NCBI GenBank assembly: GCA_964594455.1
Contig: CAZQLY010000003.1
Coordinates: 37,360 to 101,359, forward strand
Direction of reading: 5' to 3'
Length of the DNA stretch: 64,000 nt
Origin: an uncultured Gammaproteobacteria bacterium
Lineage (GTDB): Bacteria; Patescibacteriota; Patescibacteriia; JAHIZJ01
Both the position numbers and the translations under genes were made by a program. A model generated the notes under the pieces. That model saw only the letters and a program-made list of their open reading frames with translations, made no database searches and was not told the DNA's origin. Within the stretch, counting starts at the first letter, position 1, and the number at the start of each line of letters is the position of its first letter. This document shows, piece after piece, positions 1-9,696 of the stretch.

Positions 1-1
1 C

Positions 2-634
2 CAAGAATTCAGCTTTTTGAGAACTTGGAGGTCGGATAATATTTATCGTTCAGGTTATTTATTAAAGGACTTATTTTGTGAAGTGGCCAGACGAGCTGGT
101 TTTTCTGAAGACTATTTAGCCTATCTTACCTATGATGAGCTTTTAATAATGGCGCGGAGCGGGCGGCCTTCAATTTCCATGAATGAGGTATTGAAAAGGT
201 TGGAATTCTTTGCTTTATGGCATCATCGTGGATATTACCATGTTTTGTCCGGCCGGAACTGGAAAAAACTGTTAGAACCAATTTTTCTTGAAAAGCAAAA
301 AAGGGTTAATCAAATCACAGGCACTCCGGCTCATAAAGGAATCGCCACAGGTAAAGCCAGGCTGATTATGACACCAAACGATTTGGTCAAAATGCGTCGG
401 GGGGAAATTCTAATAACAGTAATGACTTTCCCTCATTTCATTTCAGCTATGGAAAAGGCTAAGGCTTTTGTTACTGATGAGGGGGGAATTCTTTGCCACG
501 CAGCCATTGTCTCACGGGAAATGAAAAAGCCTTGTGTTATTGGCACTAAGAACGCCACTCAGATATTTAAAGATGGTGATTATTTGGAGGTTGACGCTAA
601 TCGGGGTATAGTGAAAAAAATTGAAAAAAAATAA
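2..634 (+). CDS. PEP-utilising-enzyme mobile (phosphohistidine swivel) domain protein, 5'-truncated by the window edge
   Basis: The frame is open from position 2 with no stop before the TTG at 17. The C-terminal ~90 aa follow the swivel-domain pattern (GTPAHKGIATGKARLI...GGILCHAAIVSREMKKPCVIGT...GDYLEVDANRGIV) shared with the downstream paralogs. Confidence 0.6.
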   Translation, partial: QEFSFLRTWRSDNIYRSGYLLKDLFCEVARRAGFSEDYLAYLTYDELLIMARSGRPSISMNEVLKRLEFFALWHHRGYYHVLSGRNWKKLLEPIFLEKQKRVNQITGTPAHKGIATGKARLIMTPNDLVKMRRGEILITVMTFPHFISAMEKAKAFVTDEGGILCHAAIVSREMKKPCVIGTKNATQIFKDGDYLEVDANRGIVKKIEKK

Positions 635-637
635 TTT

Positions 638-2005
638 ATGCCGGATCTTCTAAAGAATAAAAAAGCAACCACCCTTCATTCATCTGCGAAGAAAAAATTC
701 ATTACTTTTGGTAGCCGAGAAACATGCTTGATCCGAGATGAACCCTGGTTTACCTGGTTGGCTAGAAACGGCGTTGAGTTCATTGATCTTCCGAATGGCC
801 GTATTTATGATTATTACGTTAGTGAAAAAGATTATCACCAGGCTTTAGAAAAACTAAGGATCAAGATGGCCCGTAATTGGAGCCAGCATTTAATAAAATA
901 TCATAAAAAGAAACGGGCGGTTATTAAAACCGCTTGTGATTTAAGGTTATCTGTAAAGTCTGGTAACAGGTCCGGAATATTAGACAGGCACAATAAATAC
1001 TTCCAGGCGGCTTATGATTTTAATGAATACATGTGGGGTGCTTGGGCGGTTATTTATCGAGTTGAGCCTGATGTGATGCAAGAAATACCCGAGGAAATTG
1101 GATTAATTGCCAAGCTAGATCAGCCAATCAATTTTATGAAAATGCAGCGTGATGTATTTTGTTTGCCGGCTAATAAATGGCTCCAGGAATATCAGTGGTT
1201 GAAGATGTATAATCCGTACGATCCGGTTTATACGAAAAAAGATTATTTAAAATTTAGAAAAACCTTAAAACGATCTGAGCTGAAAAAGCAATTTAAGGAA
1301 TTGGCAAAAACCAAGACGGATTTTGATAAGCTGATAAGACAAATCAAAAACCGCAGCTTGAAGCAGAAGATGCTGATGATTCACGTTTACGCCTGGCTAA
1401 AAACAGATCGGATTGATGTTTGGCGTAAGTCAATATTTGAATTAAGAGACTTTTATCAATATTTGGCGCAAGAGCTGCCTGGAGCCTCTTTGCGTGATGC
1501 CTGTAATTTGAGCTGCCAGGAAATTCGTGAGTTACTAAACAAAAAAAGGGCTGTATCAGCCAAAGAATTGAAAAAAAGGAGTAAAAATAGTGCGCTGTAT
1601 TATGCTCAAGGCAATAGGTTGAGTATTTTGTATAGTAATGAGAAAATTAGAAAGATAACTAAACAGCTGACTACTCAGGCGTATTCGGAAAACATTACCG
1701 GGGTTTGTGCCAGCCCGGGTTGGGCGGTTGGAAAAGTAAGCATTATTTCTCATTCATCTGATTTACGTAAAGTAAAAAATGGAGATGTGTTTGTCGCCAA
1801 ATATACTTTCCCGACCTATCTGCCAGCTATGGCCAAATGTTCAGCTATTGTTACGGATGACGGTGGGATGACTTCGCACGCTGCCATAGTTGCGCGCGAG
1901 TTAAAAATACCCTGTGTTGTTGGAACCAAGAATGCCACACGGCTGTTAAAGGATAAGGATAGAGTTGAGGTTAAGGCGACAAAAGGTCTAGTGAAAAAGA
2001 GATAA
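638..2005 (+). CDS. PEP-utiliser swivel-domain protein paralog with a divergent N-terminal region
   Basis: 455-aa ORF. The C-terminus reads GGMTSHAAIVARELKIPCVVGTKNATRLLKDKDRVEVKATKGLV, a phosphohistidine-domain signature with the catalytic His retained. The N-terminal ~330 aa are not recognisable by eye. Confidence 0.6.
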   Translation: MPDLLKNKKATTLHSSAKKKFITFGSRETCLIRDEPWFTWLARNGVEFIDLPNGRIYDYYVSEKDYHQALEKLRIKMARNWSQHLIKYHKKKRAVIKTACDLRLSVKSGNRSGILDRHNKYFQAAYDFNEYMWGAWAVIYRVEPDVMQEIPEEIGLIAKLDQPINFMKMQRDVFCLPANKWLQEYQWLKMYNPYDPVYTKKDYLKFRKTLKRSELKKQFKELAKTKTDFDKLIRQIKNRSLKQKMLMIHVYAWLKTDRIDVWRKSIFELRDFYQYLAQELPGASLRDACNLSCQEIRELLNKKRAVSAKELKKRSKNSALYYAQGNRLSILYSNEKIRKITKQLTTQAYSENITGVCASPGWAVGKVSIISHSSDLRKVKNGDVFVAKYTFPTYLPAMAKCSAIVTDDGGMTSHAAIVARELKIPCVVGTKNATRLLKDKDRVEVKATKGLVKKR

Positions 2006-2073
2006 GAACAGTCAGCGGGCCTTCCAGGCTCGCTTTTAGGTAGTTTTTGCATAATTTATGCTATAATTAGCCT

Positions 2074-3606
2074 ATGTCTGGATTAAAGATAATACCAAAA
2101 AGCGACCGACTGCAATGGGGTTCGATGCCGGCTGTGCCATACTTTATTATGCTGGTGGCTTGGGCAGTCATCGGTCGGGCACAAAAGAGATTTAAAAGCA
2201 GCTGGCCGCACGGGCAGGAGCTTTTTTACGATAAGGAATTTGGCGTTTGGTTTAGCTATATGTCCGAAGTTGAGAAGAGCGGTATGAAAGCGGCTAAAAA
2301 GTTTTATCATCATCCTAAACGATTGCGATTGCTAAAAAAAGAATATGCAGCCTGCTTAAAGGTTATCCAGGAAGCGCGTAAATTTGTTCATCAATATTCT
2401 TTACGCAAATTTTCCTATGACGAATTGTTGGATTTGTACCGAACTTTTGTGGATGTGTATGAAAGACTTTGGACAGTAACGATTCAGTCAGAGATTACCG
2501 GTTATGGATTGAATGGATTTTTTACTAGAGAAATCCCAAAACATTTCCCACCCGACCAAGTAGCTGAGGTTTTGTCAATTCTATCAACCAGCGATGACCT
2601 TTCTTTTTATCAAAAAGAGGAGATAGATTTTTATTCTATATTAAAATCACTTAAGCCTAGTAGTTCTGTTTTAAAGAACGATAAAAATTTCCGCAATTGG
2701 CTCAAGAAAAAACATCCTCAGGTTAATTACAAGTTGCAGCAACACGCCAAAGAATACAGCTGGTTGATGAACAACTATAAACGCGGCCAGCCTTTGCCAG
2801 AATCATATTTTTACTCCAGAGCCAGACATGTGTTATCTGAAAACAAGCATTTGGACGAAGAGATTCGTGCTATAAAGAAACAATTTAGGCTGTCATTGAA
2901 CAAAAAGCGTGCCTTGATAAAAAAAGTCCAAGCCGGACTTTTGAAATTTTATGCCCAAAAGGTGATAGGCGATGCTATCGCCTGGCAGGATGACCGCAAG
3001 GGCTGGCAGATGCGAGCTCAAGAAGTGATTTATCGTTTTCTTCAGGAGTTTTCTCGCCGCAAAAAGGTCAGTTTAGATAAATGGTATTATCTTACGCCAA
3101 AAGAAACCTGGGCAGTGCTGGTGGGAGCGCTTCGATTTCCGCATCGAGACGTCAAAGCCAGGCAAAAAAGAATGTTAGTCGTTGTAGATTATAATGATTA
3201 CAGAATTTTTACCGGCCGGGTGGCAGAAAAGTTTTATCGCATTTATCGAACTAACTATAAGAGCGACAAGGACCGTGAAGTAAAAGGAATAGTGGGCTCA
3301 CGCGGCCAGCCGGGCATTTTACGGGCCAAGGTTCAAATATTGCACAGCCCGTCTCAAGTAAAAACTTTCAAAAAAGGTAGGGTGTTGGTGGCCGAATTAA
3401 CCAGCCCGGATTATATTGGTGCGATTCGAAAAGCCAGTGCCATTGTTACAGACCACGGCGGCCTAACTTCACACGCTGCCGTGGTAGCGCGGGAGTTCAA
3501 TATCCCCTGCATAGTTGGTACGAAAAATGCCACTCAGGCTTTTTCCAGCGGCGATTTAATAGAAATTGATTCAAATACTGGTGTTGTTAGAAGGGTTAAA
3601 AAATGA
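2074..3606 (+). CDS. PEP-utiliser swivel-domain protein paralog
   Basis: 510-aa ORF. The C-terminus reads GGLTSHAAVVAREFNIPCIVGTKNATQAFSSGDLIEIDSNTGVV. The stop overlaps the next start (ATGA at 3603). Confidence 0.6.
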   Translation: MSGLKIIPKSDRLQWGSMPAVPYFIMLVAWAVIGRAQKRFKSSWPHGQELFYDKEFGVWFSYMSEVEKSGMKAAKKFYHHPKRLRLLKKEYAACLKVIQEARKFVHQYSLRKFSYDELLDLYRTFVDVYERLWTVTIQSEITGYGLNGFFTREIPKHFPPDQVAEVLSILSTSDDLSFYQKEEIDFYSILKSLKPSSSVLKNDKNFRNWLKKKHPQVNYKLQQHAKEYSWLMNNYKRGQPLPESYFYSRARHVLSENKHLDEEIRAIKKQFRLSLNKKRALIKKVQAGLLKFYAQKVIGDAIAWQDDRKGWQMRAQEVIYRFLQEFSRRKKVSLDKWYYLTPKETWAVLVGALRFPHRDVKARQKRMLVVVDYNDYRIFTGRVAEKFYRIYRTNYKSDKDREVKGIVGSRGQPGILRAKVQILHSPSQVKTFKKGRVLVAELTSPDYIGAIRKASAIVTDHGGLTSHAAVVAREFNIPCIVGTKNATQAFSSGDLIEIDSNTGVVRRVKK

Positions 3607-4682
3607 AAAAAGCAAAGCAACGCCATCCTTATCATATGTTCACCAGAGATTTTTCTCTTTTTACTTCCGAGCTTTGGTATTGGCTGGTGACAGAATCAAT
3701 GCGGGCTGATATCGGCTTTAGTTTAAGTGATCAGATAGTAAATTATGACGGCCGGTCAGCTCAATGCTTTAGATTAAAGGAAGATATGGATGATTTTAAA
3801 AAGCTGGTTATTAATCTCCCAGACTATCATCGGCTTTTCAGCGAAGAAAGTCACCTCGAGTTCCGCTCGATCCTAAAAGAAATAAAAAGGCTGATTGCAA
3901 TCAAGCCCAGAGAGCCTTTTACTTTTAACCCAATTCAAAAGGTAATTCAGCATTGGGAAAAAATATGGGCTATGTTTGTTATTGCTTTTAATTTACCGTC
4001 TGGCTGGGCTGAAGATATCAAGAAGAAAAAAGGTGCCCGAGCGAAAAGAATAATCAATGATTATTATCAGGATCGTGTTTCATCTGAAGGCGCATTTGAA
4101 TTAATGGATGCAACAATTCGAGAATATATCGAACAGTTGTTTAAAAAACACCACATTCCAACCAGGTATTCGCATCTGATAGGTTTTACTGAATTCATGG
4201 ATTTAATGGAATTAGGCATTAAGCCTCCATTAAGCGTTTTGCAGGCCAGGAGTAAGGGTTATGTAACTATTAAAGGCAAGATATATACTGGGAAAGACTT
4301 TGCTGAGCTTTTGAAAAAACATGGCTATATTTATTCCAGAAAAGATGTAAATAAAAACATCAAAGCGTTTGAGGGATTAGCAGCTTACTCATCGGGTATT
4401 GTCAGAGGCAGGGTTAGCCTAGTTTTCAATATTCAGGACATGAAGAAGTTTATAAAAGGAAAAATCATGGTCTCACCGGAAACTTCACCGGTTTTTCTAC
4501 CCGCCATGAAAAAAGCCAAAGCAATAATTACAGATGAAGGTGGTATCACATCCCATGCTTCAATAGCCTCGAGAGAATTCAAAATACCCTGTATTGTCGG
4601 CACTAAGATTGCCACAAAAGCACTAAAGAACGACCAGCAAATAGAAATAGACACTAAAAACGGAATAATCAAAATTATATGA
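3603..4682 (+). CDS. PEP-utiliser swivel-domain protein paralog
   Basis: 359-aa ORF. The C-terminus reads GGITSHASIASREFKIPCIVGTKIATKALKNDQQIEIDTKNGII. It is translationally coupled to both neighbours (overlapping stop and start). Confidence 0.6.
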   Translation: MKKAKQRHPYHMFTRDFSLFTSELWYWLVTESMRADIGFSLSDQIVNYDGRSAQCFRLKEDMDDFKKLVINLPDYHRLFSEESHLEFRSILKEIKRLIAIKPREPFTFNPIQKVIQHWEKIWAMFVIAFNLPSGWAEDIKKKKGARAKRIINDYYQDRVSSEGAFELMDATIREYIEQLFKKHHIPTRYSHLIGFTEFMDLMELGIKPPLSVLQARSKGYVTIKGKIYTGKDFAELLKKHGYIYSRKDVNKNIKAFEGLAAYSSGIVRGRVSLVFNIQDMKKFIKGKIMVSPETSPVFLPAMKKAKAIITDEGGITSHASIASREFKIPCIVGTKIATKALKNDQQIEIDTKNGIIKII

Positions 4683-6109
4683 AATGGACATTTATTGGAA
4701 CCAGAAGAGTAGCAGTACAAGTGGCCGAAGCCTGGTGTTATGGCTGGGGGCAGGCTATGAAAAAAGTTTACGGTGTTTATATTAATTCAACTTTGATATA
4801 CCGTGATGAGAAAAAAACTGATATTTTTGCTGATGCCAAAGATTATAAAAGGTTTTATTCCGGATTGCTAACATTGTTGCAAGATGAAAGATTTGTAAAA
4901 GACTTCCATCCCCAAGCCCAAAAGAGGTTAGAAGAACTTTATTCAGAAATGAAGAAAATTTTAGCAGTTGATTTAAAGAAATTAACCGACAAGCAGTTAC
5001 TAAAGTTGTTTGAGAAAGAAATATTGCCCAGACAAACTCAGTTCTACGTTCGGATGTGGACAGTGTATCAAATCGGTGAACCAATGACTGAAACGATGTC
5101 TAATATTTTGAGAAAAAAATTGAATGACGGAGCACGCGTCACAGAGTTATTGGTTAAATTAGCTGAACCTTTAAGTTTTAACGACGCTATCAGTAATCGT
5201 TATGAGCTTTTGAAGTTAGCAGTTGATGCCAATAAACTTAAACCAGCCGAGTTGGATATGAAATTAAAGCTTCATGCTAAGAAGTTCCAGCATATCCCAG
5301 TATATGATATTGATCATGATCCTTATACTTACGATCATTTCAAACAAGAGTTGAAGGAAATAAAAGACGCGGCCAAGGAACTGAAAAAACTGGAATCAGA
5401 AATAGATCGCAGAAAAAAAGAACACAAAAAGATAATCAGTGAATTAAAGCCCGATCGAAAGTTCTTGGCTCTCATTAACTTTATCAAAGAGAACTCTTTT
5501 CTTCGTGATTACCGTGATTCAATTAGGCAGAAGCTTAACCTGGAATTAAAAAAGTACTATGAGGAATTGGCTGATCGGATGAAGATTACATTAGAAGAAG
5601 TAATAACGTTAGTAAACAGTGAAATAATTGAGTATTTTGGTCAAAACAAAAGATTCCCCCAGGAAGAATTAAATCGCCGCAAGAAATCGTTTTTTCTGAT
5701 AGTGCGAGGAGAAAAAATAAAAATATTGTCTGGAAACGAAGCCTTAAAAAAAGCCGAGCTGGAATTGGGATTAAACAAAGCTTCCAGCAACCAATTGCTC
5801 AGAGGAGTGATAGGCTCAAAAGGTAAGGCAAAAGGTGTAGTCAAAATAGTATACACCAACCGTGATTTAGATAAGGTAAAAGAGGGAGAAATTTTAGTGT
5901 CTAGTATGACTCGACAAGATTTTGTTCCAGCAATGCGCCGAGCTGGGGCTATAGTAACTGACGAGGGCGGAGTAACGTGCCATGCAGCCATTGTTGCCCG
6001 GGAATTAGAAACCCCTTGCGTTATCGGTACCAAAATCGCAACCAAAGTCTTAAAAGATGGCGATCAAGTGGAAGTAGATGCGAATAAAGGAATTGTTAAA
6101 AAGATCTAA
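4679..6109 (+). CDS. PEP-utiliser swivel-domain protein paralog
   Basis: 476-aa ORF. The C-terminus reads GGVTCHAAIVARELETPCVIGTKIATKVLKDGDQVEVDANKGIV. Confidence 0.6.
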   Translation: MKWTFIGTRRVAVQVAEAWCYGWGQAMKKVYGVYINSTLIYRDEKKTDIFADAKDYKRFYSGLLTLLQDERFVKDFHPQAQKRLEELYSEMKKILAVDLKKLTDKQLLKLFEKEILPRQTQFYVRMWTVYQIGEPMTETMSNILRKKLNDGARVTELLVKLAEPLSFNDAISNRYELLKLAVDANKLKPAELDMKLKLHAKKFQHIPVYDIDHDPYTYDHFKQELKEIKDAAKELKKLESEIDRRKKEHKKIISELKPDRKFLALINFIKENSFLRDYRDSIRQKLNLELKKYYEELADRMKITLEEVITLVNSEIIEYFGQNKRFPQEELNRRKKSFFLIVRGEKIKILSGNEALKKAELELGLNKASSNQLLRGVIGSKGKAKGVVKIVYTNRDLDKVKEGEILVSSMTRQDFVPAMRRAGAIVTDEGGVTCHAAIVARELETPCVIGTKIATKVLKDGDQVEVDANKGIVKKI

Positions 6110-6245
6110 ATAATAAATAAATGTTAAAAACCCCAAAACAATTAAACGACAGAACAAAACCTTATACGTTTGGGATTTAGCTGGTACACTTTTTAATGAA
6201 AAATGGAATAATAAGCTCACGGGTTTTGATAGTTTTGATGAATGG

Positions 6246-6791
6246 GTGGAAAACAAACTTGGGAAGAAAATATCTGAAATGTCAGATTATGAATACGAAC
6301 GTGGTTACGAAACACCTTATAAGAAAGGCGCAATGTTTAATTTAAAAACTGTAGATGGATTTAGAGAAGTGCTTGATAAGACGCATAATAACGAGGCTTT
6401 TTCTAGCGGTAATCCAGAACAGCTTCTATGTCGGGCTAAGTACTTAAATCCGAAAATTGGCTTCAATCTGCTTAAATATTTCCTAGCCATAAACTCACCT
6501 TTTGACTATGGAACAAGCAATAAGAAAACAGCAGAAGTATATAAAAAATATCTGTTAAAAAAATACAAACAGGGATATCGGACTATTATTTATACAGAAG
6601 ATAAAGCTAAATACATTAGCTCGTTTAAAAAAGCCGCTGCCAATGTTAAAATCAAACACCCAAATTTTAATTATCACATTTATCATATATTAAGAAACAA
6701 AAAAGGCATTAAAAGAAAAAATGGCTATTTTGAAATTGGTAATTTGTGGGATTTACTAAAAAACGAAAAGAAGTTGAATAATATCATATGA
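6246..6791 (+). CDS. hypothetical protein; the annotated GTG start is doubtful and there may be an upstream extension through a frameshift (HAD-like DLAGTL motif upstream)
   Basis: 181-aa ORF. The same frame stays open and coding-like back to about 6117 (..KTLYVWDLAGTLFNEKWNN..) but has no start codon there. An ATG at 6121 lies in the +1 frame (MLKTPKQLNDRTKPYTFGI*), and the two frames meet at a GGG run at 6170-6172. Confidence 0.4.
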   Translation: MENKLGKKISEMSDYEYERGYETPYKKGAMFNLKTVDGFREVLDKTHNNEAFSSGNPEQLLCRAKYLNPKIGFNLLKYFLAINSPFDYGTSNKKTAEVYKKYLLKKYKQGYRTIIYTEDKAKYISSFKKAAANVKIKHPNFNYHIYHILRNKKGIKRKNGYFEIGNLWDLLKNEKKLNNII

Positions 6792-7543
6792 ATAATTTAG
6801 CAATTAAAAAACAAAAAACTGTTAAATTTGGATTAGCCGAGTGGTTTCTGACAGGTGGTATGCTTTTTGCCGTTTTGGTATCTTATTTAATATTCAGCGT
6901 ACCAACAATTTCCGATTTTATCGAAATAGTATGGGATAAGGTTGTGGAATATAGTTATGATTTAGGGTATCTGGGGGCATTCTTTATGTCTTGGTTAGGC
7001 AATTCCACGATTGTAATCCCTTTTCCTTATACGGCGTTGGTATTTTTATTCGGAGCTAGCGGCTTAAACCCAATGGCTCTAGGAATACTGGCAGGTGTAG
7101 GCGCAACGTTGGGCGAGTCGATTTCCTATATTGTTGGGTTCTTGGGTTATAAAGTTACTAAGGACAAATATAGGAAAAACATGAGCGCCTTGAGGAAATT
7201 AATAGACACCAGACCAAAGTTTGCCATATTTTTCTTTTTTCTAATCGGCGCCACCCCAATTCCCGATGATGTATTCATAATTCCGTTGGGATTGATTCGC
7301 TATAATGTTTTCAGGGCGATTATTCCATTTGCTATAGGTAAAATAGTTTTGACTTCAATAATCGCCTACATGGGATATTTTGCTGGTGATGCCACTACTA
7401 TCGGATTTCTAGAGGACCAAAGGGAATGGGTCAACGTCATGTCGCTGGTTGGAGTTATTATAGTAATTTACGCAATATTGAAGATTAATTGGGAAAAGTT
7501 AAGCGAGCGATTAATAAAAGATACGGGTTCACAACAATCATGA
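6788..7543 (+). CDS. DedA/SNARE-associated (TVP38/TMEM64) family membrane protein
   Basis: 251-aa multi-TM protein with the characteristic ..GATPIPDDVFIIPLGLIRY.. region. Its start overlaps the upstream stop. Confidence 0.5.
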   Translation: MNNLAIKKQKTVKFGLAEWFLTGGMLFAVLVSYLIFSVPTISDFIEIVWDKVVEYSYDLGYLGAFFMSWLGNSTIVIPFPYTALVFLFGASGLNPMALGILAGVGATLGESISYIVGFLGYKVTKDKYRKNMSALRKLIDTRPKFAIFFFFLIGATPIPDDVFIIPLGLIRYNVFRAIIPFAIGKIVLTSIIAYMGYFAGDATTIGFLEDQREWVNVMSLVGVIIVIYAILKINWEKLSERLIKDTGSQQS

Positions 7544-8127
7544 CGATCTACCAGGGGTTAAAAATAATTGACCAAGCAAAATTACCCCATCCCGAATGGC
7601 AGTTCGTTAGGACTTCAAAAGATATTAAAAATTTAAATAAGGTCAAAGACTATTGCGGTTGGACGATCAGAACAGCCAAGGTGGATGGAGCGCCTTGGCA
7701 GAACCTATACGTGAATTGGTTGCCCAAGAAAAAGGTTTCAGTCAAAGTAGATGAGCTTCAGGCTCAACATCCGGGCCGGGCCATGTTTGTAATTTACCCT
7801 TCCTGGGAATGGAAGAAAGGTGGCACTATTTTGGTAGAAAAGGAGCGAGTTGTCATAAAGGCCACCCGAGGTGAAATCGTGAATTTAATGCGCTACGGCA
7901 AAATAAGTGCCAGCTACGTTTTTCAAAAAGGGAAATTGGTTGAGGTAAACGGTGATAAGAATTTTTTATCTGTTTCAGAGATAAAAAAAGTTATTCAAGC
8001 CCAAGAACGTATTAAGAAAAAAAACGTGATTTTGGAATGGGGCATTACGACTCAGAATAAATTCATATTTTACCGCATAGAAGACTTAAAAGAAGCAGCT
8101 AAGTTATTAATTGAGAAATATTCATGA
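7540..8127 (+). CDS. hypothetical protein, possibly a minimal ATP-grasp-like partner of the downstream swivel-domain gene
   Basis: The probable start is the ATG at 7540, which overlaps the upstream stop (ATGA). Its own stop overlaps the next start at 8124. A weak resemblance of GGTILVEKERVVIKATRGEIVNLMRYGKISASYVF to an ATP-grasp lid is by eye only. Confidence 0.35.
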   Translation: MTIYQGLKIIDQAKLPHPEWQFVRTSKDIKNLNKVKDYCGWTIRTAKVDGAPWQNLYVNWLPKKKVSVKVDELQAQHPGRAMFVIYPSWEWKKGGTILVEKERVVIKATRGEIVNLMRYGKISASYVFQKGKLVEVNGDKNFLSVSEIKKVIQAQERIKKKNVILEWGITTQNKFIFYRIEDLKEAAKLLIEKYS

Positions 8128-9596
8128 TAGTAAAATTTCGAAGCATTAACTGGGTCTACGAATGGGAGAGGTCGATTAATTTTTACCACGGTCATTTGAT
8201 AGCCCGTTTGTGGAACCAGCATAGTCTAGAGCGCTGGCCGACAAATTTTTATTGGCCCAAGAGAAGACAATACTTGTTGTTAAATAAAAGGGATACTGGT
8301 TTTGCCTACGTTGATATAAAAGAGGTGAATCGACTTTCGGATAATTATTTGGACAAAATTACAAAGAAAGATATTGCCGGACGATATGTGAAACAGGCAG
8401 ACACTCTAGTTCGAAGCGTCATCCGATTTGTCTCCCAGCACAAAAAAGCTGATCTGAAAAAGATGGATCGAAAAGATTTTCTTAAGTTATTTGGTGATTA
8501 TTTCTATTACTATTTTTCATTGACTGGCCTGGTAGGGGAAATCCGAACTGTCAACTGGACCGGCATTGAAGTCCTTAAGAGTAAAATTAAAAGAAGTTTT
8601 AATAATGACAGACAGCTTCAGAAAGCAGTGAATATTCTGACGGCTACACCGCGCGAAAGCTTTTTAAACAAATCGGAAAAAGATTTTGTAAAAACACTAG
8701 AAAAAATAAAGAACAATCCTAACCAAAGCCAGAAACTGACAACCGACTATTGGATGAAATATCGGTGGTTTCCTTGTGGCTTTAAAGATGAAGCTCCATT
8801 AACATATCTAGAAACCAAGAAGAAAATAACTAAAGGTTTAAGAGAATATAAGCAGTTGTGCAAAAAAATTAAGCAGGATGAAAAGTTCAGGGCTAATTTG
8901 AAAAAGCAAAGAACCGCGTTATTAAAAAAGATCAAGCCGGATCTGGGAACTAAAAGAATAATTGATTTTTTATCCCAGTCCACTTACTATAAGGATTTTA
9001 CCCGCTTTATGATTAATCGTTGGGGTCACTATGAAATGATCCCAGTTATGAAAGAAGCTGCTAAGCGTCTCGGCATATCATATAAACAGTTGGGTTATTT
9101 AAGTTTTGAAGAAATAGCCGATGGCCTTAGGGGCGAAGCTGTTCCCAGAACTGAAATAAGAAAAAGGCAGCTAGCTTGGGCTTGCGTGGTCATAAACGAT
9201 AGATTTAGGGTGTTGTCTGGTAGTCAGGCCGTTAAGTTAATCGGGACTTTTGATAAAGCAACGACAAGGATAAAAGAATTAAGCGGCGCTACAGCAAATC
9301 CAGGTAAAGCATCAGGCGAAGTGGTAATTGTCAGGAATCTGAGGGATGCCCGTAAAGCAAAAACGCAGGGCAAGATTTTTGTTACCACTATGACTACGCC
9401 CGAGCTAATGCCCTATCTGAGGAATGTCAAAGCTATAATTACAGACGAGGGTGGAATTACTTGCCACGCTGCTATTGTTTCAAGAGAGTTGGGTATTCCA
9501 TGCGTGATTGGGACTGCGCAAGGAACTAGAGTTCTAAAGAATGGTGATCGAGTAGAGGTTAATGCAACGGATGGTGTTGTGAAAAAAATTAAATAA
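8124..9596 (+). CDS. PEP-utiliser swivel-domain protein paralog
   Basis: 490-aa ORF. The C-terminus reads GGITCHAAIVSRELGIPCVIGTAQGTRVLKNGDRVEVNATDGVV. Confidence 0.6.
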   Translation: MIVKFRSINWVYEWERSINFYHGHLIARLWNQHSLERWPTNFYWPKRRQYLLLNKRDTGFAYVDIKEVNRLSDNYLDKITKKDIAGRYVKQADTLVRSVIRFVSQHKKADLKKMDRKDFLKLFGDYFYYYFSLTGLVGEIRTVNWTGIEVLKSKIKRSFNNDRQLQKAVNILTATPRESFLNKSEKDFVKTLEKIKNNPNQSQKLTTDYWMKYRWFPCGFKDEAPLTYLETKKKITKGLREYKQLCKKIKQDEKFRANLKKQRTALLKKIKPDLGTKRIIDFLSQSTYYKDFTRFMINRWGHYEMIPVMKEAAKRLGISYKQLGYLSFEEIADGLRGEAVPRTEIRKRQLAWACVVINDRFRVLSGSQAVKLIGTFDKATTRIKELSGATANPGKASGEVVIVRNLRDARKAKTQGKIFVTTMTTPELMPYLRNVKAIITDEGGITCHAAIVSRELGIPCVIGTAQGTRVLKNGDRVEVNATDGVVKKIK

Positions 9597-9696
9597 AGCA
9601 CCTCGTTTGTGGCATCCCGAACTTGTTTAAGGATCTCGCAGAGAACTAGATTTTTCATTGAGATACTGAAATAAATTAACCATGACAGTTTGTTGT

